A DNA stretch of 64,000 nt from Zootoca vivipara (taxonomy: Eukaryota). Position 1 is the stretch's first letter; each line of letters starts with the position of its first letter. The notes under the pieces were generated by a model that had not been told where the DNA came from, ran no database searches, and saw only the letters and a list, made by a program, of their open reading frames with translations. The DNA lies in contig NC_083277.1 of assembly GCF_963506605.1 (NCBI RefSeq), forward strand, positions 56,854,001 through 56,918,000, written 5' to 3'. The position numbers and the translations under genes are program-made. Below, one piece after another: positions 41,761-53,700 of the stretch.

Positions 41761-43574
41761 TAAGCTAGATAGTACATTTGGACTTGTATGGCTGATTTTT
41801 TTTAAAAAATAAGGAATTAGGTGCAAAGGGGGATGTTGCCTCAGGAAGGTGAGCTAACACCCTTTGCTCATACTATGATCCTGATCCGAATTTCCCCTTC
41901 TCCAGCACCAGCCACGCACATTGAGAGGAAAGCTCTCATCAGTGCCCCTAAGAGATTTCCTTCCATTGTAAAAAGCAGGGATGGACTTACAGGATGCTGA
42001 CCAGAGTGATGGGTGGTGAGGGCTGAGGGTTAAAGCCCCTCTCCATGCTCCCTAGCTGCTCTACCCACTATGTGCCAGCAATGACACCCCAATAGCCACA
42101 CAAGGTCAAACCCTGTGACAAACATCTTGTCTAAACTGGAACTGTCAGAAGGTTAGAGTACTCTGGTGGGAAAACTTTGCTCAAAGTATGTGAGGATGGG
42201 TGGCAGATGCTTAGTGAAGAAAAGGCATGCCCTGCAACAGGGCTGAGGACCTGTGTTTGGACCCAACCCTCATCAGCCCCAGCCAGGGATGTTGGGAGTT
42301 GTAGTCCAATAGCATTTGGAAGGTAACATGTTCCCCATCCCTGCTCTACTTGCTCAAAGGATATTTACTACTAGAGAAGTTAAAAGAGGCTGGGGGGCAA
42401 GATGCACATATAGTATTAAATTGGCAGGGTGAAGGGATCAGGCGACATAGCGAACAGGACAAGCTTTTGGAGTAGAGTTCCCATTCTGCACAGCAACAGG
42501 AGTCCCTAAAGTTTGCAAGTCACTTGATGGTCTCAGTTACCTGCTTCCAAGCCCCAGAAGTTTGGATCTGTTGCAGCAACAAGAGAGCGTACAATTCATG
42601 AGTAGCGAGAACAGAAGAGTAAGTTTATTATACAGCTGTAGCACTGTCTGCAACACGCAGAACAACTGGACAAGAAATAAGGAAATCCCCTTTTCCATGA
42701 ATCTTTGAGGGGCAATACAAGGGAATTCAGCACTATAACAGTTAACAGAGATAGCATCCATTAGCAGTGCAGATGGATACTCTCATTGCAAGCATCATCT
42801 TGAGACTGGTGGTCAGCATCACTTGACCAGTTGGTTACCATGGGCACGTGATGTTTCTTGGTTCCTCTGCAATCAGCTCTGTTCTCAAAATAGTAAAAAT
42901 GGAAAAATCCCTGATAAGGAAATAGCACTGAAAGCCACAACGTAGCCCTCAAAAGTGGCATGTGGTTCCCAAAACAAGTATATGCTGATATTAATACAAC
43001 CGGACAGCAGAGCTGATGTCAGGGGGAAAGAACTCACTGCTTTGGCCTGTGTGCCTGTGAATGCCAACTTGGCATACCCACACAGGATGGCATTCTGGCA
43101 CAATAGATTGTTTTTCTTCTTGCACCACTGCCTAGCAACCAAGAGGGAACAAAAACAGGCTTCACAGAGAGAATTAGACTCCATTGTCCTAGAGCTTGTT
43201 CTGCTGCAAGCACAGGTTTTAGCTCTGGTTATCAAACTTTATATGCAGCCTAACTGGTGCATTCAGGTCTTCATAACAAGCATTAAGAGCAGCACCTGTG
43301 TCACTCACAGTGGGATGTGGCTATAGATCCAAGGTAGGGCATCTTCTTTGCATGCAAAAGGTCCCAGGTTCAGTCCCTTCCATCTCCACATATGGCTGGG
43401 AAAGGATCCAATCTGAGACCCCGGAAAGCCAATGTCAGTGTGCAATGCTGAGCTAGATGGGTACATGAAGCAGATTTCTGTGTTCCCCAGTAGGCATGTC
43501 CTACACATGCTAGGCGAATGTTTGCAAATAGATACGTAACAACATTAAGAAGAAAGCCACACAATTGTACAGAC

Positions 43575-43832
43575 AGAAGAAGAAGAAGAGGAAGAGTTTG
43601 GATTTGATATCCCGCTTTATCACTACCCGAAGGAGTCTCAAAGTGACTGACAATCTCCTATCCCTTCCTCCCCCACAACAAACACTCTGTGAGGTGGGTG
43701 GAGCTGAGAGACTTCAAAGAAGTGTGACTAGCCCAAGGTCACCCAGCAGCTGCATGTGGAGGAGCGGAGACGTGAACCCGGTTCCCCAGATTACGAGTCT
43801 ACCGCTCTTAACCACTACACCACACTGGCTCT
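43575..43832 (-). mobile_element. tRNA-derived squamate SINE (MIR/Squam3-like)
   Basis: The - strand begins gagagccagtgtggtgtagtggttaagagcggtagac (A box)...ccgggttcacg (B box) and ends in a (CTT)n tail. Confidence 0.75.
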
Positions 43833-44759
43833 CACAGAAGCAGTGTGGGAGTTTTAATTGCTCATCAACATTCTCATTGCCGGTAAGTAGGTGCCCCTAA
43901 CACGTGTATAATCACATTCCAGCAATAATCACAATAGTGGTGCATGTACTATCTGGGAGACAAAATTAATTTTCTCAGATTCAAAGCACGGCATGTACAG
44001 AACGGGGAATGTGGTGTTGCTGCAACTGAAGCACATACTGGAGGCGAAGATGTCTGGGCTCTGCCTAGCCAGTAGCTAACAGCTGCATGTTTACTGCACT
44101 AACAACTTTGATCATGTGTCCAGAAAAGAATTTCAATCAATATGCAATAGCGTTTACTGCTGTTTTTAATTTTTTAACCTTTCCTGGCTAGGCTGCATTA
44201 TTTCTTAGAATATGAGCGCAAATTGCTTACACAGAGATGACTCATTGACATGAAAGCTTCCTGCCACATTTCAGGATGGCTGGGGGCAGCTAATCACTGA
44301 CTGTGCCTGGTCTTTTGAAGTTCTTACATTCTGCCTTGAATGTGTAAGCTCAAATCTAATTTAAGTGCAGCAGGACATGGACATGGGCAGAGGACAGCAC
44401 CAAAGAAAGATCACAGTTAATTATCCACATTAGCTTATGTGTTCTTGGTCGGCAGAAGTTATTCTCATTGCAAATGTCATTTCACAGAATATGCTTGCAG
44501 GGACTGTGACGGCAGTAAAAGGGGAGGAAAGAGAGAGACAGAAGCAAGGACTATGGGGAGGGGACAGGAAGCACCAGAGCACAGAAGCCTCACCCTTGAC
44601 CACTGGAAGCCCCACCTAGCTGTTTCACTAGCTTCTGAGCATGCTGTCTTTTGAAGCTTTCCTGCACAACCGCAAAGGGTGGAAATGTGCTCTTTGTTAA
44701 AATGGAAGCTGGGAGTCTCAGAGTCTAGGTCCTGTGTAGCACCCAGCAGGAGAGTGAAG

Positions 44760-47700
44760 TCACCACCTGACCTGGGCCTCGAGCTGCTCCTCCGGGCGAT
44801 AGGCCTTCCACATGCACACTGTACCATCCAGAGAGACCGACACATACTGCAGGGAAGCAGAGAGGACAACACGTCAGGGTGCAACACCATCAGCATCCTG
44901 TATGGGGCTGGATTCAGTCTCTCCATGCAGTGCATCGGTCACCCATGGTCCTCATCCATTTAGGTCTTCAGACTGCATTGGTCTCCCATCCAACTGCATG
45001 GCAGACTACAGTGGGCGGCACCAGCCTGGCATCCACTATCAGTGCAAGCCAAGCTAGGATATCAGTACAGGATTTCCTCCTGCCACATTGCACCTTCCTG
45101 ATATGCATGTGGGTGTGTGGGTGTACTTCTCCACAACTGACAGATTTGCATTAAAGCAATCAGTAAAGAAGCTGCTTTTTTTTTTAAGAGTACGCTAAAA
45201 AAAAAGGTTAGTTGGCCAAAGACCCAAGTGGCATTTCGTCAGACACCCAGCATGATCCAAGGAACAATGCTATAGGCCACATATGTATTCTGCTTCTGGC
45301 ATGGCAAGTCTGTGCTCCAGAATCCTCAGCAATATCCTCAGGACTCTGAGAGGCACACTCATGGCTTAGGCCAGGCATCCCCAAACTTCGGCCCTCCAGA
45401 TGTTTTGGACTACAATTCCCATCTTCCCCGACCACTGGTCCCGTTAGCTAGGGATCATGGGAGTTGTAGGCCAAAACATCTGGAGGGCCGCAGTTTGGGG
45501 ATGCCTGGCTTAGGCAGTGAGCCAACTCACTGTGTGCACATCTGACTTCCCATGTTCAACTTAAGAACAGGGCCTGCTGGACCCAGACCAAAGGCCCATC
45601 TCACCTAGCATTCTGTTCTCACAGCTGTCAAGCAGATGCCTGTGGGAAATCCACAAGTAGGATCTGAGTATTTCCCATGTGAACAGAGAATACACTACAG
45701 AATCCTTGTAGCAATTTCTAAGGCATACTGTATTCTTAGCTTGTAGAGGCCGCCCTTGCCTGCCCCACAAAGGATGGCTATTGCTGGCCTAGATACAAGC
45801 TAGAGGGGGGCAGCCATGTTTGCTCCCTCAGTAGGATTCAGCTTATTGTCAGCCACTGTTAGTGAAGCTAGCCAGAAATAGAAAACAGATAATTATTTGT
45901 TCAGTCCACCCCGTGACTGGGCTATGATAGGTAAACATCTTATACAGTAAACTGCTTTGAATTCTAAAATAAAAAAAGGATACAATTCCCCTTCTCCATT
46001 AAGTACTAGTTTGTTTGTAGGAAGACTGGAAGTGCAATATAATACCCTATTTAAACAACAAGAATACAGCATGGGGACAACCTTTTTGGTAGTGCTGCCC
46101 AGCTCAAAAGTGGGCATGACCTCACTTAATGTCATCAACATGTGGCTGGCTCTCTGAATAGGATGCTGATAGATACAGATTAGGCACAGTACCACATGGC
46201 TCCAATATGCATCATCACAGTACTGTATAAGCATTGCTTTGTGCTGGTACATTAATGACTTAGACCTAAGAGTGGGAAAACTCCCATCCCTGGCTATCTG
46301 GAACTTTTCCCCTAGTGGGTGGTCCTTGTCTCTCCTACCTGCTCCATTTCTGGGACATGGATGAGTCCCTTGACGGAATCTTGGTGCCCTGTGTAACTTT
46401 GCACCTGCACTCCAGAATTTGGATCATAAACCCTGCAGGGAGAAAAGGGCAGAGCCATCAGCCTGTTCAAAGATGTGCTGCCTCTCATCCCCTTCCTTTC
46501 CACCGCCAGCCTCCTTATGCAGGGGCTACCTGATGGTATCATGGACCCCTGCAAGAATGCAGCCATTGACCTGGTCGATGCAGAGGCAAGTGATCCCTCT
46601 GGAGGCTCTCAGGTTCTGCACACAGCATCCACCATCTTCGCTCTGTGTGAACCATTCAAAAGAAAAATCCTATCATCCCTGCTGCTGGAGGAAGACTCTC
46701 TGGTCATTCCCCAGAAAATGTTTCTGCCTGATCCGTATAACTCCCCCAAAAACTTATTGGTCCAGAAATTCAACCAAGTTCTTCAGCAACTAGCCCAAAG
46801 TTTTCCTGCCTCCCTGCTAGTGAATATACCCAACGTATGAAAGTAACCACCTGATCAAGCGCTTACCCAGAGCCGAATGGAGCCATCTTCAGCACCGCTA
46901 ACCCACTTGTCCTCTAGTGGGTGCCAGACCAAGGCTACGACAGCGGCTTTGTGCCCACAGAGCTCAGCCAGGAGCACCAGATCAGCACAGTGAGGATTGA
47001 AAGCGCAGATAAAAACTCTGCCAGTGCTAGAAGAGAAAGCAAATTCCCTCCTGCCCAGTCCAGGAGGGTGTGGACTGTGGGTGCGGGGATGGCAAAAGAC
47101 ATGGCAAAATCAAATTAGTGGCCCTGGACCCAAAGATTAGGTTCCTGCAGGAGTGGCTTCATCCTTTTTATTACTGGGACCCCCACTTTTCAGCAATACA
47201 TCTCTCCTGCTTGGGAGGCCTCAAAGTGCTGTTTGAGAACATTCTGTGGCTCCCCCACCTTTCAAATAAGCAGGCAGGCAGAATCACCCACCTCTTTGGG
47301 GAATAGGCCATATCCAGGATGGGCCCGTTGTCCTCAGGTAGACTGGAAAAGGCATTTTGCAAAGAGCGGTTGTGCAGGTCCCAAAGACACAGCTTTCCAT
47401 CCCATCCCCCACTGAGCTACAATGAAATACAGCAAGGTGAAGTCCTGTTTTGCAATGCTGCCCCTCCCTTACCCCTCCTTGCAGTGTGTGTGTTCTCTCT
47501 CTCTCTCTCTGGCACTGTCACTCATCCACATCCCCTTTCCTCCCAATATGTGCCATGCAGGCTCTTCCTACAGCATCTTACTCTCTTCCACTCTCTCCCT
47601 GCTGCCCATCAACAGAGACTGGGCTGTCTCATACAATGCCACCCAAGTCCATTCTACGGTTCACTCACCAGGTAGGGGAAATACAGTCCAGCTTCGCCGG

Positions 47701-50700
47701 CTGCCACAGCAAGTGCCGTCACCATGCCTGTGTGCCCGCACAGCACCGTTCTGCAGGTGAAACCTATGTAAGACAGTACTGGCATGAGAGAGGCAGTAGC
47801 AGGACAGAGAAGAGGGGGGGGGAACCAGGGACCGGAATCTCTTACACACTCAGGAGGTGGCTTCCCCAAAACGAGCCTGCGGTGCTTTTTATCCCCAGCT
47901 TGACCCTACTCCAAAGCGAAGAAAGGAGGGGAGGCACCAGTACCAAATGAAAACAAAAGGGGGGGGGATGAAATAAACTAGAGAAACATTCAGTGCCCCA
48001 GCATGGTTTGAAGGGAGATTTCATCAGGGACACTTAGGTGGACAAGAAATGGACTCAGCCACTTTTTCGTTTGTCCTGTGTCCGGAAAGCACAGGTCTCA
48101 GTGGTTTTCCACTTGTTCAGTGAATTCTAGGCATGAGTCCAAATTATTTTGCCTGTCCCCTGCTGCTTTCCCCTGGAAAAGGCATGGAAAATTGGAACAA
48201 ACGACAATCCACAGAAAACCTGATAGCTGTTTGTTCTGATTCAGCGCTAAACCATGGGTTTTCCTGGGGGGAAGTGGCAGAGCAAGTGGAAGTGAGGATG
48301 ACCCCAGTGTCTTATACAGTGCTCTGATTCATTTGGTCATGGACCATGGTATACGTAGGTCTGCCAGGACAGGTGCCGTGTGTGGTGACTCCAGGTGGTA
48401 GTTTCTCAGTGAATGACTCCACCCACTCAGGCTGACTATTGGAACCTCCTAGACAGCAAAGAGTGTAAGGGGACTTTCTGGTCCAGTTGAGGCTTGCTTG
48501 AGCAATAAAGTCTTCCTGAGCTCTGGTGGGTTCCTGCAGCCTTGGCTGGTCTTTGGCCCTGACTTGCTTGCCACTCCTGATCTTCCTTCTAGACTCTGAC
48601 TCACAAGTTTTCATTTGGTTTTGGCTTACTCTTCAGTCCTAACTACTTGCTTGTCTCAGACTACCCTTGATCCAGCCCTGCCACACAGTGTTTTCCATCT
48701 AAGCTTGAAATCCTCACCTCACTTACTTGGGAATAAGCCCCACTGAATTCAATAGAATTTACTAGGCATGGTTAGGATTGGGCTGTGGACTTGTGGAAGG
48801 ATACATTCAAAGTGCATTGGGCCATTCAACATTTGCTTCTGTGCACCTTTGAAGCATCATCTCTTTTTCTTTCCCCTCTGAGTTTACTCCAAACCACTTT
48901 CTTCACCTGCTACACAACTGCTTGAAGTGCCCTGGGTCTTCTCATCTTGGACACAGCTTGATGCCAATGTTTCAGAATTTTGATCCAACACAGGTGGGCA
49001 TTGCTACAGCATGGGATGAAAACAGCAAACCATTAAGGGAACCTTTCTCTAGGAGAAATGCCACCCACTTCTTTTTTGTTTGTAATCCAAGGGAATTTCC
49101 TGAGCCAAAACCTGTGTTGCCATGTGGCTCCTAGTTGGCTCGGTTAAATAAATCTGGCTGGCTGGTGCATCTTTCTTATCTTGGAGGACGGAGGCCTTTC
49201 ACTTCCTGTGGCTTACCTGCAAGCACATGTCTTCTGTCTTCCATCCAAGAAGCAGAGGCTAGGACAGCGGTTTGCACTCACCTGGGCAGAAGGTTCAGCG
49301 CCTGGGATGAAGCTCTCAAACTCCCAGAGATAAATGTTCCCATCAGCTGCCGACACCACCAGGATATTCAACTCTTCAGCAAAGAGAGCCCTGGCAAAGG
49401 CCCAGAGCTTCGTTAGAAAGGCAGCAACTACCTTTAATCTGTGATTTCACAGCCAACATTACAGAAGCCAACTCTTTCTCCAAGATTAAATCATGCCCTG
49501 TTCTGGCCAGCTTGGTGACCACCATCCCTGACCATTAGTCATACCGTACTAGCAAGGGATGATGGGAGCATGACACCAACAATATCCAGCCCTGCTGCGA
49601 AGCAAATGGTGAAGGTCTGCCTGATCCCTAAGGAAGAAAGGGTCTCTTCAAGACAAATTATGCTGTTGCCTCTCTGCTGCAGTAGCACATACTCTTGGGC
49701 AGAGCACAATGACAGTTACCTAGTGAATCCTATGCTTCCTTTTCGCGTGTCTTTGGCTACTCTTCGGAACCTGGTGTAGCCACTCTGTTGCCCAGCTGAG
49801 GCCTTTCCTTGTTTTCGAGGGGAATCTGGACGAGGTTGTGGCTTCTCCTTGCCATCCTCCTCCCTCTGCTGTGCCAAGGGGCCTCTTCTTTCCAGATGGG
49901 CTTCACTTAGGTGGAACGACTCCCTGCTGAAAGAAACAGAGACACACAGGATGTGTGTGGAGGGGGGGGGAGTGTAGACCTGTGGCTGTGGACAGGGTTG
50001 TGGTTGAGGATGAGTGAGAAGGCTGGGAGCTCACAATGGCACAAGGAGCAGATGGCTGCATGACTGGAGCAGGCAGAGAATGGGCAGCTGCAGAGGGCAG
50101 GGAGCATGAGGGACTAGGGTGGGCAGGTCTCTGCTTGTCTGCAAGCATCTTGTCTTTGTACAGCAATACTAAGTATGACTCGGTTAGAGCCAGATGCTGG
50201 AGAAGAACAACTTTTTGAAACTCCACTACAGAGATGGGAAACTTGTGACCCTCCTGATGTTGCTGGACTCAAGTCCCACCAGTCCCAGCCAGGGTGGCTG
50301 ATTGACAGGGATGATGGGAGTTGTAGTCCAACACCCCCCTGACTTAGTGAGAGATGGCAAGGGAGACTCCTCCCAGATCATAGCATTCCTCCAACCACGT
50401 CTCTTCCAGAGGCTTGTGTTCTAGGCCAATGGCAGCTATTGACCAAGGGTAACACATTTAGTAGTTAAGCTCCACTATTATTCTGGAAACCAGTAGATAG
50501 CTTTTATCTGGTCACCAAATAGCACAGATCTGCTATACTACAGAGTCTGTTCTGCCAGGGGCTGTTCTTCTTCTCCTTACCAACAGAAATCTGCAGCTCT
50601 TAGGCTAGCTTCTGCTCACTGCCGTACCTTGTAATAGGGGCTTCCCCAACCCATGTCACACACCAGGGACTTCTTGGTCTGAGGGGATGAAACCTTACCT

Positions 50701-53700
50701 GTAGATGAAGGGAGAGATGTAGCTCTTCTCCCACTTCTGTAGCATCCCACTGCTGTCCCCACTGAAGAGCAAAACGGGCTCCTTTTTGGCTGGTGGAGAT
50801 ACATTCAGAAGGTCAAGCAGGGGCAGCAGGGGCTTTGGAAAACCAGACAACATTTTTATTGCTGGACACATAAAACTCAACCCCGGCCCTTGTCCCAGCC
50901 AGATAAGACTCTCCTAGCTTTGAACCTCACCTCACGGAGCTTGTACATCTGGGGCTGGAGCGGTTGCAGAGTTAGAGATATATATGGCTGCTTACCATAA
51001 GTTAGGCACTCTAGGGGGTGTTTGCAAGGCAGCACTGTCAGGCATCCCAACTCGCTGTAGCGCCAGACGAGTATTTGCTGCGGCTTTGCCGTGCCTGGAA
51101 GAAGGAAAAGTTCTGCGTTTCTTAAAATTACTTGGGTTATTCTAAAAAGCTCTTGCCATCCACTGAGCCTTCTAATATCTCTGAAGAAGCTGAGTGGGAA
51201 ATCGCCTTGTGTTAAATTAGAAAAGCATGCATAGATCTCACAACACCTGATTGCATGAAACTGGAATCTCTGGATATAAATCTGGGACCTGTGGTGGGAA
51301 CCAACAGGAATATAAAAAGAGCCTGCTGGATCAGGCAAAAAACTTCCCACAACAATTAACCAGATGCCCATGGGAACATATAAGAGAGAAGTCTGTCCCA
51401 AGTGCTATAACCACGCTGGGTCTGAATGCAATAAGCACATGAGCCTACCAAGGTCACCACCTGGTTCTGTGATGAAAGCCCTTTCTTTTGTACTAATTAA
51501 TCAATTTTTACTACATTTATATCATGCCTTTCCTCCAAGGAGTTCAGGGCAAAAGACATAGTTTACTCACCCCATGTTTTCCTCACAACAATCCAGTGGC
51601 ATTAAGCTAAACTGGGAGAGGGTGATTGGCCAAGGAGGCCCAGCAAGCTTTGTGGCTGAGTGGTGGAATGAACCTGGATATCTCCAATGCCAATTCAACG
51701 CTCTCACCACTGGGTGCCATACTGGTCTAGTATCTTCCCCTAAAGCTATTTTCTCCTAACTGCATGAAAGGACATGGCCTACAGATAAGAAGAGATGCTG
51801 AATCTAACATTGGCAGCTGAGAGACCAGGTGAGGCCTTGTATTGCAGATGTTGGGAGGGGGGCATCTGTACTCTACTGGAGAACTCACCTATCACATGCC
51901 TCGAGTCTGGCAGGCTGAGAAGCTGCTGAAGAGCAGGCCCATCTTTCTGTTGGCCTTGGAATGTGGATATGAACTGTGAAACCTGAAAGCAGATCAGCAC
52001 AAAGAATTCAGAACAGGCTGGCCATTAAATACCTGTTTCTCCTTATTCTTCCTATAAATGTGGAATGGTACACAGGAGCCATCTTTACTTAGGGGTCAAA
52101 GACCTATCAAAAAGAGCTGTGCTGGGGGCACTTGTTCAGTGGACTTTTGAACTTTGTTGAGCACATGACAGAACTTGGGGTCGAACTGTGAAATGCAGTT
52201 GGATCTGGTATTGAAAGCTACAAAGAAATGTAATCTTTGAGTATGTTTTTGGGGGAGTTTGCAGATCCAGGAATACAGTGTTAGAGGCACTAATGGCTTT
52301 TGAAGCATCCACCCAATGGAAATAGCAATTGAAAAACATGTTCAGGAAGAGGCCCTGAGAATGGGAGGATACAACAGCTAAGGAAATGAGAAGAGACAGG
52401 ATTTAATCTTCAGTATATCTGCCATCTGACATTTGGAAGAGGATCAGAGTAATTTGTCAGTATAAAACGGCTGTGTATAGTTTTTATGTCACCTGTATTA
52501 TGTCATTAATCAGGCAAAATGGGTCTGATCTGTCAGGGTAAGGCAGCTTGTTAAAAGAAACATGCTCCATCAAAGAGTGCTCTTTTTGACATGGGTAATT
52601 TTTCATAGGATAAAAACTAATCAATATGAGGAGCTGAGGCCAACTAAGGACAGGCAATTCTTCAAGGGAAAATCATCCCATAGAACAGCTCCCATAGGAA
52701 CAGGGGAACTTACGTATGTTGTTCCAGGTCAGTCTATTTATCTATCCAGCCCAGTATTTAATACTCTGAGTGGCAGCAGCTCCTTCGGGTCTCAGGAATT
52801 GATTGCTCCCATTATCTAGCTCATTTTAAGTGGAGATGCTAGGGACTGAACCAGGGGCCTTTTTTTGACATGCAAAGCTTACTATTGTACCCTCCCCTCA
52901 CAAGGCACTGGTCTCCAAGCATCTTTTGCTGTGAGTTGAGGATGGCACACTTGAATATGTCCCATGCAATTTTCACTCCTGCAGTCTGAAGTAGCAGCCC
53001 ATGAAAAGCCGCACCACAAAATTCTGCTTCATGTGTAACATGGGTGAGCAACAGGATCCTGGGCTTATCGGTCCCCATTTGCACAGCATGGTCAAACCCT
53101 TGGCAGCAATTGTTTACCACTAGGACTGTGGCCTTGCTGGAAGAAAACAAAAAAACTGGACAATCTAGCTTATATAGTCTTAATGCACATGCCTAATATA
53201 CTAAGACTGTGAGCAAGTGTGGGAGTTGATTGGCGCAGCCTGGCAGTGCATGTGGAGAGAGTCATCTGGCTTATCCTCTTGGCTGCAATTCACAAAGACA
53301 GAAAGGGAAAGAAAACACACCCTGGCCTTTTGTCCTCCCTATATATCCCTATGCTAGTTCAGGCGGATGCAATGGCAACCCATCACCAATAGAGGGCTCC
53401 TTATAATAACAAGTTCATTGATCTTTAGGCGAGGGGAAAAAGGAAATGCCACACTTAAGTCGCTCACTATTTCCCCAGACTGAGGCTCATAGAGGGTGGG
53501 CTGGGTTGTACCACTGGTGATCCAGACGATGCCAACAGATGCCACGTAGCAGAGTCCAGTAATGTTCCCGGTGAAGGGGCCAAGGCGCTGGATGAGCTTC
53601 CCATCCTGGGACCAGATGCCAACTGTCTGGTCAAAAGAACCTGACAGCACCCTGCAGAGGAGATGACAGACCAGAGGGAGGCTCAGGGAAGCAGGACTTT

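Noticed and set aside
49903-50226. 107-aa minus-strand ORF inside the WD40 gene
   Set aside because: Its acceptor phase does not fit the preceding exon; the acceptor at 49926 gives a clean in-phase exon instead
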